DNA of 63,864 bases from Bacteroidota bacterium. Lineage in GTDB: Bacteria > Bacteroidota > Ignavibacteria > UBA10030. Shown piece after piece: positions 1-8,498 of this stretch. The first letter of the stretch is position 1. Each line of letters starts with the position of its first letter. The notes beneath the pieces are model-generated. The model saw nothing but the letters and a program-made list of their open reading frames with translations, made no database searches and was not told the DNA's origin. The position numbers and the translations under genes were made by a program. The DNA is taken from assembly GCA_035286705.1 (NCBI GenBank), contig DATECW010000030.1, positions 1 to 63,864 of the forward strand, written 5' to 3'.

Positions 1-126
1 CATGGTCTCGATCTTGGGAGCCTGATTTTCACATTGAGCATTTCACGCGCCGACGTTGCTGATTTCATGCTGAAGCAACTTACCGATAATTCCTACCTTC
101 GAAAAACACCCGTTGTGGTTTATTGA
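1..126 (+). CDS. 3' end of a gene entering from upstream; the tail resembles NAD(P)H-binding (NmrA/atypical SDR-like) oxidoreductases
   Basis: Frame +1 is open from base 1 to TGA at 124-126 and reads ...SISRADVADFMLKQLTDNSYLRKTPVVVY. Motif recall only. Absent from the ORF track because the 5' end is missing. Confidence 0.3.
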   Translation, partial: HGLDLGSLIFTLSISRADVADFMLKQLTDNSYLRKTPVVVY

Positions 127-413
127 AGATTGTTCCAGGGATGAACACTGAAGGCCGACTGCCTTCAGCCAGAATGAACCAAGGAATGAAAGCATCCTTT
201 TTCATGGTCGGACAAGCAAATCCAAGAAGGAATGAAGCGATCGTAGAAATCTTTCGTTCAGGTCGCGCTCTGTACCTTTTTCCTCTGACTTTGCTGCTCA
301 TGCTGGCGACGGCAGGCTTTACAGAGGAATTCTTTTTCCGCGGGATCTGAACACGCTGCCTGCAATGACGATGTTCAGGATCGGCGGATCCTGATCAACG
401 GGTGCCATGGACT

Positions 414-767
414 ATGACCGATCAAGACAACAAGAATGACAGGAAACTCTTTCTCATCAGGACCGTTCATACGCTTATTTGGATCTTCTTTGTAAGCGTT
501 ATTGCGTATGTCGTCTATGCAGGGGTAATCGACAGGATTACATCAAGCGTGTGGATTGCCATTGGGCTCGTTGTGTTTGAGGGGATCCTTTTGCTCATCA
601 ACGAAGGGAAATGCCCTCTCACTCTGATTGCCAGCCGGTATACGGATAAAAGAGAGGATAACTTCGACATATTCCTGCCGAACTGGCTCGCAAGAAACAA
701 CAAATTCATTTTCACAGCCATTTTTGCAGTGGGGGTTGTTTTGGTGGTGTGGAGGGTGGTGGGATAG
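414..767 (+). CDS. small integral membrane protein with about 3 TM helices and a CPLT motif; function unknown
   Basis: ORF 402..767. ATG at 414 preferred over GTG at 402. Hydrophobic segments LIWIFFVSVIAYVVYAGVI, VWIAIGLVVFEGILLLI and FIFTAIFAVGVVLVVW. Confidence 0.5.
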   Translation: MTDQDNKNDRKLFLIRTVHTLIWIFFVSVIAYVVYAGVIDRITSSVWIAIGLVVFEGILLLINEGKCPLTLIASRYTDKREDNFDIFLPNWLARNNKFIFTAIFAVGVVLVVWRVVG

Positions 768-787
768 TTTGGAGTGATGTATCCGGC

Positions 788-1450
788 TTAGATCGAATCT
801 TTCTCCACCAACAGTCTATCGCAAATTGTATGGCTTAGCGTCTCACGGTGCCTTTTGCCATACCTGATCAAAACACTTCCGTCGACCGGTTCAACCGATT
901 CTATTCTGATTCTCAACCCCAGATGTAGCTGACGGCTGCTTAAGAACTTAAGAAACTCGGCAGACGCGTTTGCAACCGAGCGGAGCGTCACCGCCTCACC
1001 CGCTTTGCAGCTGCTGAGTCGATGGTATGAAGCTCGTTCCAGCTTTCCATCCTTATCAGGAATAGCCTCGCCATGTGGATCGATCGTTGGAAAGCCTAGC
1101 ATGCTGTCCATCCGCTCGAAAAAATGGGGAGCTTGCACATGTTCTATCTGTTCGGCAATGTCATGCACCTCGTCCCACCGGAAGCTCATCTTGTCAACAA
1201 GAAACAACTCTATAAGGCGATGCTTGCGGATGATCAGGAGCGCTTCCCGTCTCCCTTTTTCAGTCAGCTTGAGGGGTTTGTAGTACCGGTAGGAAACAAG
1301 TCTCTTTCTTGCCAGCTTCTTCATCATGCTGGTAACAGTGGACATCTTGATTTCAAGCTTCTTCGCGAGTGCACTGACTGTGACTTCCCTCGACTCCCCC
1401 GTCAGTGTCAGCAACGCCTTAAGATAGTTTTCCTCAGTGAGCGATTCCAT
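788..1450 (-). CDS. DtxR/IdeR/MntR-family metal-dependent transcriptional repressor with a C-terminal FeoA/SH3-like domain
   Basis: ORF 788..1504, with the start moved to the internal ATG at 1450 (MESLTEENYLKALL...). Winged-helix region SALAKKLEIKMSTVTSMMKKLARKRLV. Metal-site region RKHRLIELFL...DEVHDIAEQIEHV...DPHGEAIP. Confidence 0.85.
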   Translation of the reverse strand: MESLTEENYLKALLTLTGESREVTVSALAKKLEIKMSTVTSMMKKLARKRLVSYRYYKPLKLTEKGRREALLIIRKHRLIELFLVDKMSFRWDEVHDIAEQIEHVQAPHFFERMDSMLGFPTIDPHGEAIPDKDGKLERASYHRLSSCKAGEAVTLRSVANASAEFLKFLSSRQLHLGLRIRIESVEPVDGSVLIRYGKRHRETLSHTICDRLLVEKDSI

Positions 1451-1514
1451 AAGATCAATATACAAAGAAAATCTATTAATCGAACATGAGAGCTTGACTT
1501 TCATCGATTGTATT

Positions 1515-1530
1515 GTTAGATTATTCTAAC
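1515..1530. promoter_or_regulatory. candidate operator: inverted repeat GTTAGA-TTAT-TCTAAC in the divergent regulator/operon spacer
   Basis: Perfect 6-bp arms GTTAGA/TCTAAC seen directly. The GTTAG/CTAAC half-sites recall the DtxR/IdeR box core, but the spacing differs. Confidence 0.3.
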
Positions 1531-1579
1531 TTCATAGTTTGAATATCAAAACAACGTCTATCTGTAGAAGGAGAGGGGA

Positions 1580-2779
1580 ATGAAACGAGCGTATGCCGTT
1601 GCGATAGCAGGTGCGGCGGTTCTTATGATCATCTTCATATCGTGCGAAAAAATGGAGCCCGTTGCGCCGGCATCGGATGAGGTCCTGGATGGACCCCTGG
1701 AAAGCCTGACGTATGCGCAACGTGCACAACATCTGCGCGGTGACATAGCTTTCTTTGCTCCTTTTACTCCGCAGACAGGACTTGGGCCGGTCTTTGTAGC
1801 CACGAGCTGCGGTAGTTGCCATGCAGGTGACGGTAAAGGGCATCCGTTTACGACTCTTACCCGTTTTGGACAAACCGATAGCACCGGAAATCACTTCCTC
1901 GATCAGGGTGGTCCACAACTGCAAAACAGAGCGATACCGGCACACACGCCCGAGCAAATCCCTGCAGGAGCTACTTTTGCACGATTCACTCCGCCCATCA
2001 ACACAGGGCTGGGATTCCTAGAAGCGGTTTCAGATGCAGACATCCTGGCCATGGCAGATCCAGGCGATGCAAACGGAGATGGTATCCGGGGTGTTCCACA
2101 TTGGATCGGCCTTCCGTCATACGTGATTCCCAGACCTGGAGCCCTCACCCAAGGTGGAAGATACATCGGTCGCTTTGGAAAAAAAGGGAGCGTCTACAAT
2201 CTTCTGCAGCAAACGGCGACTGCCTATAATCAGGACATGGGCATAACATCAGACTTTGAACCCATAGATGCTCACTCGAACAATCCCGTTGATCCCGAAG
2301 TGGCGACCAATGTTGTTCACGATGTGGTGTTCTACCTGCAGACTTTGAAAGCCCCCATCCAGCGTGGTCCAACGGATCCTGAGGTGGCAGCGGGCAAGCA
2401 GGTTTTCACCTCGATCAACTGTGCGGGTTGTCATAAAACGCAGCTTACCACCGGCTATTCGAGTGTCGCTGCATTGTCCAACAAGACGTTTTCTCCCTAC
2501 ACTGATCTGCTCTTGCACGATATGGGACCCGGCTTGGATGACCATTACACGGAAGGCAGCGCGAGAACCAATGAATGGAGGACAGCACCATTGTGGGGCC
2601 TCGGGCTTGCACCAAACTCCCAGGGCGGACAGTATTTCCTGCTTCATGATGGCCGAGCGCACAGCATCGAGGAAGCTATCCTTCTGCATGGCGGAGAAGC
2701 CACAAACAGTGTGAACGCGTTCAAACAACTCTCTCCCGTCGCGAAACAGCAGCTCATCAAGTTCCTGGAAAGCTTATAA
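1580..2779 (+). CDS. DUF1111-family di-haem protein (putative peroxidase/thiol oxidoreductase-like), secreted
   Basis: N-terminal signal/lipoprotein-like sequence (LMIIFISCEK). Two CxxCH haem motifs (CGSCH, CAGCH). Family-typical C-terminus ...LLHGGEA....F..L......L..FL.SL. Confidence 0.8.
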   Translation: MKRAYAVAIAGAAVLMIIFISCEKMEPVAPASDEVLDGPLESLTYAQRAQHLRGDIAFFAPFTPQTGLGPVFVATSCGSCHAGDGKGHPFTTLTRFGQTDSTGNHFLDQGGPQLQNRAIPAHTPEQIPAGATFARFTPPINTGLGFLEAVSDADILAMADPGDANGDGIRGVPHWIGLPSYVIPRPGALTQGGRYIGRFGKKGSVYNLLQQTATAYNQDMGITSDFEPIDAHSNNPVDPEVATNVVHDVVFYLQTLKAPIQRGPTDPEVAAGKQVFTSINCAGCHKTQLTTGYSSVAALSNKTFSPYTDLLLHDMGPGLDDHYTEGSARTNEWRTAPLWGLGLAPNSQGGQYFLLHDGRAHSIEEAILLHGGEATNSVNAFKQLSPVAKQQLIKFLESL

Positions 2780-2782
2780 GGC

Positions 2783-3223
2783 ATGAAGAGAAGAGATTTC
2801 ATCAAGGCAAGCTGCATATCCTGCCTTGCCGGCGGTCTGAGTCTATCCATTCTGGAGAGCTGTAGCGCAACAAGAATGACCACGGGATCGATTCTTGGCT
2901 CCGATCTGATAATTCCTCTCGCAGATTTTGAAATGAAACAGGGTAACCGGACGCAGTTCACACAGTACGTCATTGTGCACAATGATACTCTGCAATATCC
3001 GATTTGCGTGTACCGTTTTGGCGAACATGAATACAAAGCAATCTGGATGCGATGCACTCATCAGGGCACCGAACTGCAGGTGTTTGGCGAAAGGCTGGAA
3101 TGCCCGGCTCACGGAAGCACGTTTGATAACGAAGGCAGAGTCCTCCATGGTCCGGCCGCTATCAACCTGAGAACATTTCCGGTAACAATAGAAAACAACC
3201 AACTGAAAGTCTCCCTTCGATGA
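2783..3223 (+). CDS. Rieske (2Fe-2S) domain protein with a twin-arginine signal
   Basis: MKRRDFIKAS Tat motif. Rieske ligands CTH...CPAH (CTHQGTELQVFGERLECPAHGSTF). Starts 3 bp after the upstream gene. Confidence 0.85.
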   Translation: MKRRDFIKASCISCLAGGLSLSILESCSATRMTTGSILGSDLIIPLADFEMKQGNRTQFTQYVIVHNDTLQYPICVYRFGEHEYKAIWMRCTHQGTELQVFGERLECPAHGSTFDNEGRVLHGPAAINLRTFPVTIENNQLKVSLR

Positions 3224-4455
3224 AACTACGAACCTTTCTTGTTGTGCTTGTCTCGTTGTTGCCTTTTTACAGACATGTCGAAGCACAGATCGACACCACG
3301 TTGCTGAGACATATTCCGAAGGATAGTGGGGGACAGGCTTTGAATATGGACGCTGTGTACAGTCGTTCATTCCTGAAGGTCGGGAAGTTGCCAATTTCAG
3401 TCGGCGGTTATATGGAGGCCAACTGGCAACATTTTGGAAGCGACGGCGTCTCGGATGGACATCAGTTTCAGTTCAGAAGGTTCACTTTGTTTCTGTCATC
3501 CAGCATTTCGGAACGAATCAAATTCCTGTCTGAACTTGAATTTGAAGACGGGGCAAAAGAGATTTCGGTTGAATTTGCGGCATTGGATATCGAGTTGGAT
3601 CCCCTTCTGAATCTACGAGGTGGGATGATCCTCAATCCCATCGGGGCATTCAACCAGAATCATGATGGGCCAAAATGGGAATTCGTCGACAGGCCCATAG
3701 CTGCCACCCAGATGTTGCCTGCTACCTGGAGCAACGCAGGTTTTGGGCTTTATGGAAAAGAGTACTTCGATCGCTGGTTGTTTGGGTATGAAATCTATTT
3801 GTCGGGAGGCTTTGACAACTCCATTATCGAGAATGTGGAGAACAAGACGTTCCTTCCGGCAGCGAAAGAAAACCCTGAGCGGTTTGAGGAGATTGCCAGC
3901 GGCGAACCTTTGATAACGGGAAAAGTTGCCGTTGGCCATGATGTATTCGGTGAGGTAGGCTTATCCTACATGGGAAGCGTTTACAACAAATACCAGGATG
4001 ATGGTATCATTCTTGATCACAAGCGCCGGTGCGATGTTTTTGCAATTGACTACAATACCAGGCTCCCGGGAATCGACACCCGCATCGTTGGCGAATGGGG
4101 GTGGATCTTCGTCGACGTCCCGCGTACATACTCGCAACAATTTGGCAACAGACAACACGGAGGATTTGTCGACGTTGTTCAGCCCGTACTAAGAGGCGGA
4201 CTATTCGGGTCGTCCGATGCCGTGCTGAATATCAGCTGTCGGCTTGAATATATTGATTGGAATGTGGGAAATTTCCGGGAGACCGGCGGCAACATCGCAG
4301 ACGATTTGTGGAGTATTCTTCCTGCCGTCAGTCTCAGGCCGACCGCACAAACAGTGATTCGTCTAAATTATCGTTTTCAAAAGCAGCGTGATCTCCTGGG
4401 TAATCCACCTGTCACGACAGCAGGATTCAGTTTCGGTATTTCCACGTACTTTTGA
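3220..4455 (+). CDS. outer-membrane beta-barrel, porin-like (phosphate-selective porin O/P-like pattern)
   Basis: Signal peptide. Alternating beta-strand pattern. C-terminal ...GFSFGISTYF ending in Phe. ATGA start/stop overlap with the Rieske gene. Confidence 0.6.
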   Translation: MKLRTFLVVLVSLLPFYRHVEAQIDTTLLRHIPKDSGGQALNMDAVYSRSFLKVGKLPISVGGYMEANWQHFGSDGVSDGHQFQFRRFTLFLSSSISERIKFLSELEFEDGAKEISVEFAALDIELDPLLNLRGGMILNPIGAFNQNHDGPKWEFVDRPIAATQMLPATWSNAGFGLYGKEYFDRWLFGYEIYLSGGFDNSIIENVENKTFLPAAKENPERFEEIASGEPLITGKVAVGHDVFGEVGLSYMGSVYNKYQDDGIILDHKRRCDVFAIDYNTRLPGIDTRIVGEWGWIFVDVPRTYSQQFGNRQHGGFVDVVQPVLRGGLFGSSDAVLNISCRLEYIDWNVGNFRETGGNIADDLWSILPAVSLRPTAQTVIRLNYRFQKQRDLLGNPPVTTAGFSFGISTYF

Positions 4456-4671
4456 TTCGACGAACGATCTTACTGGAACAACGTGAGACAAATTCGCACG
4501 ACTCGCATCGAAATGCAATTACAGAGAATCGTTGATTGCATGTTTGACTGACCTTCTGTGCTTGAATTCTCCGCTTCTGTTTCGTACCTTTCACTCAGAA
4601 CCCATTCCGATACGGCAACTCCGAGGAATGCATCACTTGATTCACCTTCTCAACGAAAAAGGAACACGATC

Positions 4672-5136
4672 ATGAAAGGCAATGACAAGCTTGTTGCATC
4701 GCTCAACAGTCTGCTCGCAGACGAATTGACGGCAATCAGCCAGTACATGGTACATTCTGAAATGTGCGAAAGCTGGGGATACGGCAAACTCCACGAAGCC
4801 ATCGAGAAACAGGCCAAAGAAGAAATGCATCATGCCGAGTGGCTGATCCAGAGAATTCTCTTTTTGGACGGGATGCCGGTCGTTACGAAACTCAATCCCA
4901 TGAAAATCGGGAAGAGCGTTGCAGAGATGGTCACAAACGACCACGATGCAGAGGCCGACGCGATTCGGGCCTACAACGACGCGATTGGCCTCGCACATGA
5001 AGTGAAGGACCAATCCACAGGTGATCTCCTTACGAAGATCCTCAAAATGGAAGAGGGTCACCTCGATTGGGCCGAAGTCCAGAGAACGCAGATCGAGCAA
5101 GTTGGCCTCCAGAACTACCTGGCCAATCAATCATAG
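4672..5136 (+). CDS. bfr: bacterioferritin
   Basis: ORF 4558..5136 trimmed to the ATG at 4672, which follows AAAAAGG. MKGNDKLVASLNSLLADELTAISQYMVHSEMCESWGY...EEMHHAEWLIQRILFLDG shows ferroxidase-centre and haem-Met context. Confidence 0.9.
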   Translation: MKGNDKLVASLNSLLADELTAISQYMVHSEMCESWGYGKLHEAIEKQAKEEMHHAEWLIQRILFLDGMPVVTKLNPMKIGKSVAEMVTNDHDAEADAIRAYNDAIGLAHEVKDQSTGDLLTKILKMEEGHLDWAEVQRTQIEQVGLQNYLANQS

Positions 5137-5170
5137 CCGCCTGATTTCGGAAGCGTGCTTCTTCAATACA

Positions 5171-5208
5171 CCGCCGCGCGGCATTATGCTGGGCGGCGGA
5201 TTTTTTTT
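5171..5208 (+). terminator. rho-independent terminator after bfr
   Basis: GC stem CCGCCGC...GCGGCGG followed by a T8 run (5201-5208). Confidence 0.7.
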
Positions 5209-5224
5209 CAGTAAGGAACTCACC

Positions 5225-5764
5225 ATGAGCCGTCCGACTCCCGACCGCAGCGGTCAACACGATGCACACAGGAGCATGCAAACCTCCAAGCGCGTGGCCC
5301 TCGTTGCCCACGACAACCGAAAAAAAGACCTGATCGAATGGGTCGAATGGAACTGGAGCGCTTTGCTTGATCATCAACTGATTTGTACCGGGACGACCGG
5401 CTCGCTGGTCGAACAGGCATTGGCAAAGAAGCTCGGGAAAGAGAGCGAGAAGAAGATCGCAGTCCGCAAGCTCAAGTCGGGACCCCTTGGCGGCGACCAA
5501 CAGCTGGGGGCACTCATTGCCGACGGCGAGATCGACGTGCTCATTTTCCTCTGGGATCCCATGGAGCCACAGCCGCATGATGTCGATGTCAAGGCGCTCC
5601 TGAGAATCGCAGTGCTCTACAACGTACCCACTGCCTGCAATCGGTCGACTGCGGACTTCATGATATCTTCCAATCTCTTCACAACAGAATACTCCCCCAT
5701 TCTCGTCGATTACTCCAGCTACATGCGAAGAGACGTCAAGGGAGTGAGAGACACAGGAGATTGA
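5225..5764 (+). CDS. mgsA: methylglyoxal synthase
   Basis: ORF 5021..5764 trimmed to the ATG at 5225. RVALVAHDNRKKDL...ICTGTTG...SGPLGGDQQLGALIADGEIDVLIFLWDP...PHDVDVKALLR. Confidence 0.9.
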   Translation: MSRPTPDRSGQHDAHRSMQTSKRVALVAHDNRKKDLIEWVEWNWSALLDHQLICTGTTGSLVEQALAKKLGKESEKKIAVRKLKSGPLGGDQQLGALIADGEIDVLIFLWDPMEPQPHDVDVKALLRIAVLYNVPTACNRSTADFMISSNLFTTEYSPILVDYSSYMRRDVKGVRDTGD

Positions 5765-5766
5765 CC

Positions 5767-6822
5767 ATGCGTCACTGCCTCGCACCCACTGCCGCAGCGA
5801 AGTTTGTGGTTTTCTTCTTTGTTCCCATTGTCGGTGCGGCGGCACAACCGTCTGCGGTCCCGCGAATTGTGTCCAGTGAATACCTCTTCGAGGCTCCCCC
5901 TTTTCGGGAATGTCATGCGGCTACTCTGGTCGAAACAAAGGATCACGGACTTCTTGCCGCATGGTTCGCAGGAACCGGAGAAGGGAACCCCGATGTCTCC
6001 ATTTGGATGGCTCGCAAGGATGAAAAGGGAGGGACGAAACCTCGCGTCGTTGCCGACGGTGCGATGAACGGAAGCCGATACGCGTGCTGGAATCCTGTCC
6101 TCGCGCGAGCCGCAGACAGCTCACTTCTCCTCTTCTACAAGGTGGGCCCATCACCACGGAAGTGGTTTGGAATGATGAAAACTTCCCGGGACGGAGGTGA
6201 GACATGGAGCACGCCCGTCACGCTTCCTGTTGGATTCCTTGGGCCGGTAAGAAACAAACCCGTACGACGTTCCAATGGAGATCTCCTCTGCCCTTCGAGC
6301 GTCGAAACGGACAATTCCTGGAAGATCCACATGGAGGTTCTTACCGAACGCACATTCACATGGAAAAAGATCGAGGTGGATACAAGCTCGGGATACCAGG
6401 TCATTCAGCCCACCATCCTTCATCACGGCGATCGCCGACTTCAGATTCTTTGCAGAAGCAGAAACAATGTCGTGGTGGAATCCTGGTCGGATGACGATGG
6501 AGAGACATGGAGCCCTTTGAAACCAACGGACCTTCCCAATCCCAATTCGGCCCTTGACGCCGTGGCCCTTCACGGCGGCATGCACCTTCTGGTCTACAAT
6601 CCGACACTGCGCGGCGCCGATTGGTCGGCAGGAAGGAACAGACTTTCTGTGGCTCTCTCGTCCAACGGACGGAATTGGGAGGACAAGCTAGTTCTGGAAA
6701 ACGAAAGTCGGGGGGAATTCAGCTACCCGGCGGTGATACAAACATCGGATGGATTCATCCACTTGGTGTACACGTGGAATCGGAAGAACATCAAACATGT
6801 GGTAATGAAGATTTTTCAGTAG
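5767..6822 (+). CDS. BNR-repeat exo-alpha-sialidase-like (predicted neuraminidase family) secreted protein
   Basis: Signal peptide. BNR motifs SRDGGETWS and SDDDGETWS. Family-like ...FSYPAVIQTSDGFIHLVYTWNRKNIKHV tail. TTG at 5761 or ATG at 5767. Confidence 0.75.
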   Translation: MRHCLAPTAAAKFVVFFFVPIVGAAAQPSAVPRIVSSEYLFEAPPFRECHAATLVETKDHGLLAAWFAGTGEGNPDVSIWMARKDEKGGTKPRVVADGAMNGSRYACWNPVLARAADSSLLLFYKVGPSPRKWFGMMKTSRDGGETWSTPVTLPVGFLGPVRNKPVRRSNGDLLCPSSVETDNSWKIHMEVLTERTFTWKKIEVDTSSGYQVIQPTILHHGDRRLQILCRSRNNVVVESWSDDDGETWSPLKPTDLPNPNSALDAVALHGGMHLLVYNPTLRGADWSAGRNRLSVALSSNGRNWEDKLVLENESRGEFSYPAVIQTSDGFIHLVYTWNRKNIKHVVMKIFQ

Positions 6823-6918
6823 GTGAGCAAATAAGTAGATGAGTATTTGAGTAGATGAGATTACGAATCAACGAACCAACGAATCAACGAATCAACGAAC
6901 CAACGAATCAACGAATAA
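6823..6918. repeat. 12 consecutive in-phase 8-bp units: GAGTA-type 8-mers running into 7 x ACGAAYCA
   Basis: Cores at 6825, 6833, 6841, 6849 and 6857 (GAGCA/AAGTA/GAGTA/GAGTA/GAGAT). Then acgaatca|acgaacca|acgaatca|acgaatca|acgaacca|acgaatca|acgaataa at 6863-6918. Confidence 0.9.
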
Positions 6919-6937
6919 AAGAAGCGACGAGGTCTTT

Positions 6938-7450
6938 TTGCGCAAGGTGATTCTCAATCTCGCCGTAAGTCTTGACGGATTCATCGAAGGCCCGAACGGA
7001 GAGTTCGACTGGTGCTTCACTGATCAGGATTATGGGATGAAGGCATTCATGAAGAGGATTGATGCAGTGTTCATGGGGAGAAAAAGCTACGAGGTCGTGA
7101 AGAAAATGGGAGGGGAGAATCCATATCCAAAACTGAAGAACTATGTGTTTTCCCGAACTCTCAACCATGTTGATGCTGGTTCAATCCTGGTGAACGGCGA
7201 CCTTGAACAAGAGGTAAAGGCCATTATGCATCAAAGGGGAAAGGATATCTGGCTTTTTGGCGGTGCGAGTCTTGTGACAAGCTTTGTGAACGCCAACCTC
7301 GTTGATGAACTCTGGCTCGCCGTTCATCCGCTGCTCCTGGGAGGCGGCAAGCCGCTCTTTCAGGAAATTCGCGGTCGGATCCCATTTACATTGAAAGAAA
7401 CGAAAGCCTATTCAACCAGCCTGGTCCAGTTGTTCTACGAAAAGAAGTAA
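6938..7450 (+). CDS. dihydrofolate reductase-family protein (RibD C-terminal domain type)
   Basis: RKVILNLAVSLDGFIEGPNGEFDW...FMGRKSYE...IWLFGGASLV...LVDELWLAVHPLLLGGGKPLF. TTG start at 6938, or GTG at 6947. Confidence 0.8.
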   Translation: MRKVILNLAVSLDGFIEGPNGEFDWCFTDQDYGMKAFMKRIDAVFMGRKSYEVVKKMGGENPYPKLKNYVFSRTLNHVDAGSILVNGDLEQEVKAIMHQRGKDIWLFGGASLVTSFVNANLVDELWLAVHPLLLGGGKPLFQEIRGRIPFTLKETKAYSTSLVQLFYEKK

Positions 7451-7629
7451 ACCCTCCGTGGTATTCCGGATACTCTGACTTCCACTCTTTTGCGGCGACC
7501 AACCTCTCATCGATAGACAGAGACAAGCCCTTCTTCGCCCGCGTCCCAAAGAACAGATCCCGGCTTTAATCCTTTTTCTCCTCGCTGACATCGTATATTC
7601 GATAACTCCCTCCACACAAGGAATTCATT

Positions 7630-7845
7630 ATGAACCATCGCTGCATCACCTTCAGTATTCTTTGCCTGCTGGGATGTTCCATTGCCGCCGCACATCCGGG
7701 AATAGGAATCGTCATGGACAGCAAAGGAAATGTCTATTATACAGATCTTAAACGTGTGTGGAAGATCGCACCGAACGGACAGAAAACCATTGCAGTGAGA
7801 GTTCGATGCATCAAGACAAACGGGGAAGTGCGCGTCTTCGATTAA
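7630..7845 (+). pseudogene. possible truncated remnant of a secreted beta-propeller (NHL/SMP-30-like) protein
   Basis: 71-aa ORF with a signal peptide and then HPGIGIVMDSKGNVYYTDLKRVWKIAPNGQ. It stops early, and about 120 bp downstream has no convincing ORF. Confidence 0.3.
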
Positions 7846-7963
7846 GCGGCCGCACCTCGATTTCCGCTGAGCTTCATCTTCCTTTTCCTTCCTTATTTGC
7901 CCTGCTTTCCCTCTTCCTTTCACATGAATCGGGTTTGGATGTGTCATGCGGGTGGCCAAGAAA

Positions 7964-8398
7964 TCAAGCTGTCCCTTTCGGAATCATGAAATATGAAACG
8001 GTGAGGAAGAGGAAGACCAGTCCGGTCAAAACGATCGGAGGAAGGAAGGTGAAAGTCAGCATGACGGCAAAACAAACCCCAAAAATGAGTACATTAATTC
8101 CCACAACACCTGTGAGGATTTCCACAGAGGCCTTTTTCTTCAACAGAAAAGCGTTTATGAATCCTCCAAGTGCACACACGAGGGTAAAACAGGAACTCAG
8201 GGCAATCATGATGTCCCTGGTCGATGGCTGGAATCCGCCGCCAAGGTCCTGTCTGTAGGTGCTCATGAGTTCGATAAGCTGGCGTTCAGTTTCATTTTGT
8301 GCAACCGGGGCGATGAACAAGCTCATCGCATGAACCGCTGCTGTGATCAGCTGAAAGACAACGGCGGTCCACAACCAGAATGTATGACGTTTGAACAT
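7964..8398 (-). CDS. integral membrane protein (4 TM), unknown function
   Basis: ORF 7964..8614 trimmed to the ATG at 8398, preceded by AAAGGAGAAA. MFKRHTFWLWTAVVFQLITAAVHAM... Confidence 0.6.
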   Translation of the reverse strand: MFKRHTFWLWTAVVFQLITAAVHAMSLFIAPVAQNETERQLIELMSTYRQDLGGGFQPSTRDIMIALSSCFTLVCALGGFINAFLLKKKASVEILTGVVGINVLIFGVCFAVMLTFTFLPPIVLTGLVFLFLTVSYFMIPKGTA

Positions 8399-8498
8399 GG
8401 TTTCTCCTTTGTTTCGCGCATAAGTATAGAGATTGAGTCGTTGACAATCAAGAACAGCTCTTTGGACAATTTCATATCCACCAACGCCGGGAGGTACT

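Noticed and set aside
123-350. 75-aa ORF ending ...LATAGFTEEFFFRGI as a CPBP/CAAX protease gene
   Set aside because: Only the first motif is present before a stop, and an equally long antisense ORF (80-301) overlaps it. At best it is a remnant, so it is not called as a feature.
4456-4671. A Fur/DtxR operator upstream of bfr (inverted repeat ATGCAAT-N17-ATTGCAT at about 4513-4543)
   Set aside because: The arms are short and the spacer long. Similarity to the Fur box or to the 1515-1530 palindrome is weak. It is kept only as a note and not called as a feature.
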